From Mesotaenium endlicherianum (lineage: Eukaryota), in assembly GCA_009602735.1 (NCBI GenBank), contig WELA01001462.1, positions 358,297-378,296 of the forward strand: a DNA stretch of 20,000 nt, read 5' to 3'. The notes under the pieces are model-generated. The model did no database searches and was not told where the DNA came from. It saw only the letters and a list, made by a program, of their open reading frames with translations. This document shows, piece after piece, positions 11,189 through 20,000 of the stretch. The position numbers were made by a program, and so were the translations under genes. Within the stretch, counting starts at the first letter, position 1, and each line of letters begins with the position of its first letter.

Positions 11189-11215
11189 AGCAGGCGGGAC
11201 GAGTACCAGCTAGAC

Positions 11216-11466
11216 TGTCGCAACGGAGACTGTCGGCAGATGCTAGGCATCGATATTGCATAGGTGGGAGAGAGAGCTCAAACATACAAGACGGACCGGT
11301 ACTACTAACCTAGGGACTGCGGGTAAAAACCCCCCCTAACGAGGGAAAAAACCCACAGCTTATTAGCTGCAAATGCGAAAAGAATAGTAAAGGTCTGAAC
11401 TAAGCACACCTGGGCAATCGAACATCTACTGGGCACCTACTGACTGAGCAAAAATAGCTATGAAAA
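11216..11466 (-). repeat. 251-bp LTR copy A
   Basis: Direct repeat of 12343-12593; about 24 substitutions by manual count (~90% identity), about 20 of them transitions, no indels. Confidence 0.9.
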
Positions 11467-11469
11467 CCA

Positions 11470-12340
11470 TGTAACGAGCCCAAGCAGATTAGTTGTGAGT
11501 TGTGAGGTGAAGGTGTTACAACACGGACGAGGACGAGGTGATTAACTTATGTGATGGCCGAGTTCGAGAGCACAATGCACGCACTTAATAAGCTTAAGGT
11601 GTGGGTGTGGTACGTGCTACCTTCTAACAGAGAGAAGGGTAAACAAGAGCACTCAATCCGCAAGCATTTCATTAAGACATGCACCAAGAAGTAGAATCAA
11701 CTTAAACATGAAAATGGACTTACAAAAGCTAACACCGAGATTGTGTGAGCGTGGAACCTAAGTAGTGTACCCTCACGAATCTATGCCCAATGCGAACCTA
11801 CCAAAATCAAGCGGAAAGGAATCCTACGACTTAACGCGTCATCGCGTTAAATCGACTAAATAACACCAAAACATATATGAACCGACCTGTGCTCAAGAGT
11901 ACGACGAGCGTGCGGACGAACAACGACCAACCCCCCACACCCCTCCAGTACTCTCCCTAACCCCTAGCAATCGCGTGGGCATATCCGGCGGGTTTGCCTA
12001 TAGTACGTGACGGCCCAGTCACCCATGCCTAGGGATCCTACTTGGTACCAGTGCTAACCCAACAAGCGGGCAAACTTGTGGGTCAACCTTCACACGTGTG
12101 GGCGGCACACCACGCGTGAAGGGAAAGGGAGTGCGCGGGATCCGGGCAGAGCCTCATAGCTGCTCAATAGCAGAACCTCGTGAGCGGATCAAAGGTCCAA
12201 GTATTCACCCTAGTTGTGAGTGGGCTAAGCCGTCCTCTCCTACCACCCTAACCCGACTAACCACTAGATCTTGCCATCACCCTCCACCCTCAAATTCTAC
12301 CCCTAGACACCAAAAGGATGCGACAGGCACGGGCATGACA
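11470..12340. mobile_element. LTR-like unit (~871 bp) between LTR copies A and B
   Basis: TG...CA termini with imperfect inverted ends TGTAACGAGCCC / GGGCATGACA; non-coding; no matching TSD found. Confidence 0.5.
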
Positions 12341-12342
12341 GC

Positions 12343-12593
12343 TGCCGCAACAAAGATTATTGGCAGACGCTAGGCATTGATACTGCATAGGTGGGAGAGA
12401 GAGCTCGAACATGCGAGACGGATTGGTACTACTAACCTAGGGAATGTGGGTAAAAACCCCCCCTAACGAGGGGAAAAGCCCACAGCGTATTAGCTGCAAA
12501 TGCGAAAAGAATAGTAAAGGTCTGAACTAAGCACACCTGGGCAATTGAAAATCTACTGGGCACCTATTGCCTAAGCAAAAATAGCTATGAAAA
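12343..12593 (-). repeat. 251-bp LTR copy B, the 3' LTR of the DNMT-PHD element
   Basis: On the minus strand it follows the end of pol and a PPT, and ends ...GTTGCGGCA. Confidence 0.85.
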
Positions 12594-12604
12594 TCCCACC
12601 CCCA
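12594..12604 (-). promoter_or_regulatory. Polypurine tract of the DNMT-PHD element
   Basis: Minus-strand GGGGGTGGGA directly abutting LTR B. Confidence 0.75.
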
Positions 12605-13039
12605 GCTGAAGGCGAGGGGATGCGGCAGAAGCTGAATAGTAAAAATTGGGAGACAGGAGAGGATTGTCAGGAGCGATGGACGATAGGACGACCTCAGGCG
12701 AACCGGGATTAGAAAACCCGGGCGGAAGATACTCCAATGATAGACGTGACGAACGGTAATGGGATAAAACTCCGTAGTAGAGCGGAGGGTTGGGGACATG
12801 AGCGAGACGCGGCCATCCACAAATGGGTATGCGGTGGGCGCACGTGAAGACTCAAGGAAATCCGGAGAGCGTCAGCAACGTCGGGGGTGAGCAGCGGCGG
12901 AGGGAGCCCACAAACGCCGGAGGACAGGGACTGCTCCCACCAGGCCAGGAGGGAAAACCTGCACGTGTGACGAAAGGAGGAACGATCAAACGAAGGAACT
13001 GAAACAAGGAAAGGAAAAGAGTAGTGAGGGAGTCCTAGG

Positions 13040-13190
13040 CTACCGGGGTGGGCGGCACGAGGGGCAAAACCAACCACCATTGGGATTCTAGGCAGAGGAG
13101 GAGACAAACAGGCTAAATGCGAACCAGCATTGCAACGATCGCACAGCAGCATCGAAGCGGGGCGACGAATTGACCCACACCCGTTGCAGG
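13040..13190 (-). pseudogene. PHD finger at the integrase C-terminus
   Basis: CNGCGSIRRPASMLLCDRCNAGSHLACLSPPLPRIP, then after a 1-nt frameshift (~13082) NGGWFCPSCR; gives the C4HC3 pattern; stop at 13040-13042. Confidence 0.92.
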
Positions 13191-13199
13191 GTTGGTTAG

Positions 13200-14335
13200 C
13201 CGAGACAGTGGCTTGCAATGGGTCAACCTCATGAAGGATATTAGGCAAGTGACAAGGTGCGCAATTCTTCATATTCTTGCAAATGGTGCGATCATCAGAA
13301 CCCTCAAGTGTAAGGACCCCATTAGGACTAACGGTGCGTGCTCGTAAGATGACTGGGCCGGCACGAACGTTAAGAGTATGGCGCATTTTACGTTGCAAAT
13401 AGACATAACCCCGACCTCAAACTTGACCGTACGAGGCTTGTATACCCCACTCCGTAAATGCGCGTAGCGAAACGTGTCCCGGTGCTGAGCAGTGAGCAAA
13501 TTACCCATAGCAATCGACATGTGCTTAAGGAACGAGGTAGCGCGTTCATTGAGGTGGGCGAGCAAGACATTGGGATCGTCAAGCTGAATAGGCAGAGTAA
13601 TACGACGACAAATGGCGGAAGGAAGGGGAGGTTCACGACCATACAGGAGGAAATACGGAGAATATGCGCGCAAGGACGCCTGGAAACTGAAGTTATAGCC
13701 CATGGCCAGCCACGGGATGTGCATGTCCCAGTCAGACACATCGCAAGTGAGGGCATACTTGCGCAGACTGCGCTCGACGGTTTTGCACTATGCGTTCCGC
13801 AAGCCCATCGACCTGGGGGTGGTCATGTGAGGTTATATGATGATCAATGGAAGATGTATCAAGCAATTTGGCCAGATCACCCTAGAACTCTGACTCTTGA
13901 TCAGTGAGGACCTCAGCACATGCTCCATACCGACACAAGATACGATCAGTAAATGTGCGAGCGATGTAAGCACTGGACTTGTCAGGGATACTGACCAGTT
14001 CGATCCATTTAGTAAGATGCTCAATCATGCCAAGAACGTAGCGCATGCCACACTTAAAGAGAGATAAGGGTCCAGCCAGATCCAACGACCATTAGTAAAA
14101 GAGCCCTCGCAGAGGGAGGGAGTTGAGGATAGAATGAAGTGCATTGAAAGTGTTCTTGACGCGGTCACAAGAAGTGCAGGAACGGACAAAATCGTTGACT
14201 AGGGTGACTAAGCCATCCCACCAAAACTCGGTTTGCAGGAGGGAGCTAGTACGCTTAACCCCAAAGTGCCCTGACTCCTCATGGATCTTACGAATGAGGG
14301 AGATGCGTTGAAGGGGAGGAGGAACAACTCAAGTA
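13200..14335 (-). pseudogene. Integrase (HHCC plus DDE core)
   Basis: IHEESGHFG...CTSC, WSLDLAGP, EVLTDQESEF, HPQVDGLAER, WDMHIPWLAMGY, SPYFLLYGREP; stops and frameshifts. Confidence 0.93.
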
Positions 14336-14475
14336 TGGTGAGGAAAGATGCGCAGTAAAGCCCCTTCATGCCAGTGATAGTGCGCACAGCGATGCAGGAT
14401 GCGGTCCCGCTCACGTGGAGAGATGGGTGAAGACCAGGCTCGGGTGCGTAAATACTCTAATACGCCAAGATCAGA

Positions 14476-15132
14476 TCAAACATCAGAAGCCTCACGCAGT
14501 GATGCAGCTGGACTCACGGCGCATGCACCCACAGGAGTAGGGAGAAGACCCAAATAATACGCGGCATGCCAGGCTGGTAGGATGTGTTCTTGCTGACTAG
14601 ACGCAAAGCGAGCCCCAATGGTGTTAACATCAGAAGGATCAGGGTTTCCACTAAGCCCATCCGCATCTTGGTTACTTAACCCGACTTTATGCTCAATAGT
14701 CGAGTCGTATTCCTGAAGTATGAGAGCCCAACGTGCGTGTTTACCCGTAAGTTTCTGGTTGGCCATTAACCACTTTAAAGGTTGGTGAGCAGTGATTAGA
14801 GTGAAGTGGGTACTGTAGAGGTAAGGACAAACATGTATGACAGCCCATACTGCAGCTGAACACTCCCCTTCATACGAACTGTAATTCCGTTCGGCACTGT
14901 TGTTATTATGGCTAGCATAAGCAACAACGTATTCATGCCCCTCTTCATCCTCCTGAGCAAGCACGGCTCCCAATCCCAGATGACTCCAATCGGTGTAAAG
15001 GGAGAAAGGCTTATTGTAGTTGGGTCTGCGGAGGATAGGAGCAGAGGAGAGAAGACCCTTCAGTTTGTCAAAGTCTGCCTGGCGTTCAGTATTCCATTCC
15101 CAGGGTACATTCTTTTTCAAAAAATTGTTCAA
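14476..15132 (-). pseudogene. RT connection and RNase H
   Basis: LYTDWSHLGLGAVLAQ, VVAYAS, ERNYSSYEGECSAAVWAV, ITAHQPLKWL, ARWALILQEY, NQDADGLS. Confidence 0.93.
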
Positions 15133-16055
15133 CGGACCGCGATTGAGCTAGAATCAGAGCAAAAGCGACGGTAATATCCAGTGATGCCCATGAAGGCCCG
15201 TAACTTAGATACGTCTATAGGAACTGGCAAACGTTGAATAGCATTGACTTTAACTTGTTGTGATGTTAGCCCCCCAGGTACAATGTGATGTCCAAGGTAT
15301 GGAACGGAAAGGGTAGCAACCTTTCATTTTCCCGGGTGACACTTGAGACCCGCGGCTTTCAAACTGTGCAACACATGTTCCACATGTACCAAGTGTTCCT
15401 CTACAGTACGGCTAAAAATGAGCACATCATCGATGTAACAACGAGCAAGAGGTAACCCACTCAGCATACGGTCCATGATACGCTGGAATCGGGCAGGGGC
15501 GTTCTTTAAGCCAAACGGCATAACCTTCCACTGGTACAGACGACAATTTCCCCAAAATGCAGTCTTATGTTTATCCTTGGGATCAATAAGGATTTGGTTA
15601 AACCCCTGACGTAGATCAAATACACTGAAGACAGTAGCGTCCTCAAGGACATTAAACATATTCTCAGGTACAGGCATGGGGTAGCGATCAAGCTTAGTAA
15701 CAGCATTGAGTCCCCGATAATCCCCACACATGCGCTTCTCAGTGTAATTCCCCAATGCGTCCTTCTTAGCAGGCATAACTGTGGGTGCCGCGAAATCAGA
15801 CATTGACTCCTCTATCATGCCAGCCTCTAAAAGCTCAGTAACCTTTTCACGCACAATGTCCTGTTCTACTCTAGCGTGTCAATAGTCCCGTAGAAACACC
15901 GATTCGGAGGTGGTGAGGTCAATGGTGAACTGTGACATGTTACAAATCCCTAAGTCCTTAACTAATCGTGCAAAGTATGATTCATTACGATCAAGCATCT
16001 GAGTGAATTGCACAACTTCCTTTTCAGTTAATTGTGTGCCCAGGTCCCACCCATC
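15133..16055 (-). pseudogene. Reverse transcriptase
   Basis: KRMCGDYRGLN, YPMP, FSVFDLRQGFNQI, KTAFW, MPFGLKNAPARFQ, CYIDDVLIFS. Confidence 0.96.
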
Positions 16056-16224
16056 CTTAGGTTTCTGTGCGGACGAAATCGATGAGGGGTCTGCGTGCTA
16101 TGCTGGAATTAAAAATTCTGACGGAGCCCCCCCTCCTGCAGCCAAAAACAGGTAGGCTGGAATATGTCGGAAAAGATCAGGGAGGCGGGCGTTGAGGATG
16201 GGTAAGACAGAGAAAGACCTTGTG

Positions 16225-17158
16225 AGCACATGAACATCCATGACACGGCCTAGCAATTGGCACCGCTGGGAGGGGGATAAGGACGGAGACGCAGTAGCAT
16301 GGGGAATAAATCCGAGAATGAGCTCGCGTTCGGACGCGGAAGGCTCGACATATTAGTGTGTGTGGGAATCAAATATCATACCAGGCTTAAATTGGCAAAA
16401 TGTGTAAGATCTAGGACAGCTGACAAGGGTAGAAAAGGCGGCGCGTGGGTGACCAGGGATGTTGACTTGACAGAAAGAGGGGTGATCGAGGCGAAGGACC
16501 TCCATTGGGCAACGGTGGGGAGCTAAGTCTGAAGAAACAGTGAGACGGGGAAGATGTGCATGCATGTGGTGGACCAGAGGTGTGAGGGTGATGGGTGAGA
16601 CAAAGTTTTGCCAGAACACTCGAGATCGATGAGCGTAGGATCCCACGGCGGCGGCATCAATAGGGACCCAGGCCCCAGGATGGATGTGATGGTGAGGAAG
16701 TCAGCACGAACGTGGGCCCGGGGATCGTCTGCGGAGTTAACATCTTCAAAGAGGTACGTTGGAGGAGAGAGCTGAGAGGTTTGGAGAAGCCCTAAGACAC
16801 GCACAAGCTCAAAAAATAACTGAGAGCGAGGGTCCGAGAGCCCCTTCCCAGTACCCGCCCGAGAATGACCCTGACACTCCCATCCACCTACGACCAGGTG
16901 AACGGGCCCAATGGCGTGCAAATGTTCCAGATGGATCAGGCGAACGTCAAAAGGCAAGGCTGAATAAGCCGTAGAGTATGCAGATGGGGGAAATAAGGTT
17001 GGGAAAGCTAGGGTGAGGAGAGCAAGGTGGTGTTGGCTTGCAAGTCGGGCAAGCGGGTCAGCGTCACAATAATAGTAGTGCGCAATACGCTGCCCACTGA
17101 GCAACAAACCCGCGACGGTAGAAGAGACCCCCGCAAATAAATCGAGCACCGTGATGCC
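16225..17158 (-). pseudogene. DNMT3-like C5 cytosine methyltransferase domain within Pol (copy 1)
   Basis: Motif I VLDLFAG; IV VVGGWECQGHSRAG; GLSDPRSQLFFE; VI YLFEDV; VIII IDAAAVGSYAHRSRVFWQN; IX-X ERELILGF...RCQLLGRVMD. One frameshift (~16668) and one stop (16353). Confidence 0.95.
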
Positions 17159-17524
17159 CTAGGGGGGTGGCAGCCAGGGCACAGGAGTGGTGGCAATGAC
17201 GATGGGAGAAGAAGGGTGTGCGGATGGGGAAGCGAGAGAGGGGCTGGGAATAGGTGCGAGACAGTGTAAGGTTGCGTGGATCTGCTGGATGGTAGCAGAG
17301 GGCGTGGTGTATGTGAGAGGGGGCGAGAGGATGGGTTGAGCAGAGCAGGCTGAGAGAGGTTCAGGAGTGGACTCAATGTCGTGCTGGAGGAGATAGGTAG
17401 GGTCGGAGAGATTGCCAGGACTGAGATCATCAATGGTGAGTGCAAACGCAGCCGCGACTGGACACGCGGGAGATAAGGGGGAGTGGGTGAGAATGAGGGG
17501 AAGACAACCCACATGGTGCCCCAA

Positions 17525-17835
17525 AGCCTCAAAGTCAACGCGATATGTGGCAATGCCTTGCCACAAGTCAATGGTGAGACCGACGAGGAAATTAAACTCC
17601 TGGCCGAGTAGGACATCATAGAATGTAGACTTGGTGACCATACATTGAGCATAGAGGGTGACAGCGGCGGGGGTATGGGCATTGAGTGTGGTAGGTATAC
17701 GACAACGTGATTGGTGTGGAAACAGGATTAGGACAGGGCTCAAGATCGTCAGCGGTGATGCGGAGGTGCTGACACATGACTGCTCCAAGAAGGATTGGCT
17801 GGGCCCCAATATCGAGAATGACTATACGGGGTGCG
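17525..17835 (-). pseudogene. Retropepsin-like aspartic protease
   Basis: VILDIGAQPILLG (degenerate DTGA) and, after a frameshift, FYDVLLGQEF. Confidence 0.8.
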
Positions 17836-19158
17836 AGATTGTCCATGCGAAAATACGCATGCTGGTTATCCACCATCATATTGCGGGGCAAAGCGCGCTG
17901 CCGCTCAAGAGGGGTAAGGAAGGACGGGTGGCGGAGCTGACCTGGAAGGAGACAAAACCTGTGAAGGGGCGAGAAAAAAGGAGAGAGCAGGGGGGAACGA
18001 CCCACCTGGAGGACGCGGTACGGAAGATGGCGAAGGAGAGGGCGTTGCGAGGTGAGCTAGCAGCGGAGAGTCTGGAGGATGGCTGGTAGAGGTCGAGGCA
18101 GGCACAGACGCGGCGAGGTAGGCCGGGGACTTGACGGCTTAGGGGCGATTGGCAGATGAAGCAGCGGGCGCCCACAGAGGAGAAACGTAGGTAGCTGGGA
18201 CGGGACGGTCGGTTGGGACGCGCGGCGGCGGAGGGTGCGGACAGCGACGGGGGAGCTTGAGCGTAATCGCCTCTTGAGCCTGTCCAAGAGCCGTAGAGGA
18301 CACAGTAAACAGAGATGGTGGAAGCAAGGCACCCCCCCGCAACTGGGATGGTGGCGGCGGAATGAACGGAGTTGGTTGAGGAATAAAATGCGACGGTGCT
18401 AGAGGAGGTACCGTGCCCACTGGAGTAGGAGGTAATTAATCAAGAGCATTTGAATCGCATGCGTCTACCAACGCTGGCAAAGAGGCAATGGACGTGTTCT
18501 CGACCTGACAATTGTAAGTAACTTTGCCAATACAAAAAGTGACAGTGCACGGCAGGGACGTGGAGTCGGACGGCAACGGACGACGGGACGGGGACGAAGG
18601 AGGAATCGGAACTCCCTGAATGTCGAAGCTGACAGAAAGGACTGACTGGCCAGCGGACAAACTGGTTGGAGCAGGAGTTGTCGGCTCAAGAGGCTCCACG
18701 GCTGCTCGCGCAAACAGGGCAGCTAGCGCAAATGGGAGAGGATTGCTGGTAGGAGGCGGGGTAGGCGGACGTGGCGGGCTGGACGGCTGCGGCAAATCGG
18801 CTACCACTTGCGCATATGAGGGAGGGAGCAGTAGATCTCTCTCCACTGCTGCGGCTGCGGCGCGCAGGTGGTCACACACCTGCTAGACTTGCAACTGCGC
18901 TGCGGGCACATCCTCCGGGAGGATGACCATAGTACCTGCAGCCCCCCCCTTAGCTCTGACATCCCACACCGGTACAGGCAAACGCGAGTGAGACGATCCT
19001 AACGTATCATCGGGCTCAAACAAGTCAAAGGACCGCGGCAGCTGAGCAGACTGCTTTGTATGCCGGCCATGGTCAGGATCGACGGGAGGTGGAGCGGATG
19101 GCTCATGCGCCGCTGTGACGTTTCTGCTTTTTCGAGAGGATCTTTCCTCGGTATTCAA
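17836..19158 (-). pseudogene. Pro/Ser-rich N-terminal part of the polyprotein (gag position)
   Basis: ORFs 18883-19158, 18436-18879 and 18139-18420 are in one frame separated by single stops. A CFIC...CAC cysteine cluster lies near 18100-18165. No capsid motif recognised. Confidence 0.5.
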
Positions 19159-19281
19159 GGAATATTTAATTCAAGTGGAAGAAAAATTCGTATACTTGTG
19201 GAAATTGACGAATACTTGAAAGAGCGAAAGTGAAAACTAACGTAGAATGTGTGCTTGTGAGAGTTGCACTCACAATGACTC

Positions 19282-19301
19282 TGCAGGTATTTATACCTGC
19301 A
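19282..19301 (-). promoter_or_regulatory. Candidate TATA box inside a palindrome
   Basis: TGCAGGTAT-TT-ATACCTGCA; minus strand reads TATAAATA at 19295-19288. Confidence 0.4.
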
Positions 19302-19558
19302 CAACATGAGGCACTGGAGTGCTTCGAGTCACCACCTAGGGCACTGGTTCATGTTCAACGAAAACGGTCGAAGGGACGTGTCCCATTCGGCCGAATGCAC
19401 AAAACGCGCAGTTGGCCGTTTGGAGACTTTTCGACGGTTTCCGAAAAACCGTTTCGCGCCAAACGGGCGTTTTCGCGTTCTCGCGACTTTCCGAAAAAGT
19501 CGCGATTGATCGCGGAGTCGCGTACAGATGCTTTCGTCATGAACCGGTAGTTTAAGAA

Positions 19559-19629
19559 GCTACTTTGGCCAATCGGTTAGGTGTGAACGTTTCAAACGAA
19601 AGTCGCGGGTTCGAATCCGCTCGGATGCA
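19559..19629 (+). other. tRNA-derived sequence (pseudo-tRNA or SINE-like head) with Pol III A and B boxes
   Basis: A box TGGCCAATCGG (19566-19576), B box GGTTCGAATCC (19608-19618), T-arm GCGG...CCGC. Acceptor and anticodon stems do not pair well. Confidence 0.6.
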
Positions 19630-20000
19630 AAGCGAATTTGCATATTTTGTTTCGTTTGACTTTACGACTGTTTGTTCGTATTAATGATACAACAGTTTCT
19701 TTGTATTACGACTAGTCGTAATCCGAAATCTGTGATTGTCCATTATTCGTAATAATGACAATCAAAATAACTTAATCAAACAATGATTAATGAAATTTTC
19801 ATCTCATAATTATTCAAAGTAAGTTTTTGAATAATTATGTCGTACTTTTGCGAAGTAGTCGAATTACGTTACGACGCTTTTTGCAATAGTATCTCGGTCG
19901 TTTCGCCAATCGACCGGGAATTAATCGGCACACGTGTGTGGCGAATAATTCAATGTGATGCAATCATTTATGAAATAACTTATGATAAATAGTATAACGT

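Larger units (their letters stand above)
12343..19158 (-). mobile_element. Ty3/Gypsy retrotransposon with PR-DNMT-RT-RH-INT-PHD architecture, decayed
   Basis: Domain order read on the minus strand; PPT and 3' LTR present; no 5' LTR copy or recognisable capsid domain in the window. Confidence 0.92.

Noticed and set aside
11470..11520. 51-bp TGTAAC...GTTACA mini element
   Set aside because: Six-base inverted ends without a TSD can occur by chance.
11216..12593. Intact TRIM (LTR A - internal - LTR B)
   Set aside because: No matching TSD outside the pair, no PPT inside next to A, and B is explained as the 3' LTR of the large minus-strand element.
13458..13907. Antisense and alternate-frame ORFs in the track (e.g. 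46-348, 9322-9774, 13458-13907, 17658-18089, 19230-19550)
   Set aside because: No recognisable motifs; most are shadows of TE coding frames or GC-rich sequence.
16225..17158. Bacterial restriction-modification methyltransferase or contamination
   Set aside because: In frame inside a Gypsy Pol, DNMT3-type motifs VIII-X, and no nuclease or prokaryotic context.
19559..19629. Functional tRNA gene
   Set aside because: Acceptor and anticodon stems do not form and the T-stem is one base short.

Overview
Eukaryotic repeat-nest region made almost entirely of decayed Ty3/Gypsy LTR retrotransposon material. The host is probably a plant or streptophyte alga (inference only). (1) 1-~7147 (+): a chromovirus (gag, PR-RT-RH-INT-chromodomain) with a large extra ORF between pol and its 3' LTR. 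(2) ~7151-9247 (+): a hidden DNMT3-like cytosine methyltransferase pseudogene, cut on the left by the chromovirus LTR and split by a 1.26 kb solo LTR whose removal restores the reading frame. It is followed by ~2 kb of unidentified coding remnants. (3) 11216-12593: three abutting LTR-like units. (4) 12343-~19158 (-): a second Ty3/Gypsy element whose Pol carries an in-frame DNMT3-like methyltransferase between protease and RT and a PHD finger after the integrase. (5) 19250-19940: a hairpin-dense segment with a TATA box and a tRNA-like A/B-box. Main findings: two divergent DNMT3-like genes in one window, a methyltransferase plus PHD retrotransposon, and a structured RNA-like motif with a compensatory stem shared by two diverged LTRs. 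All assignments come from reading motifs by eye; no searches were run.
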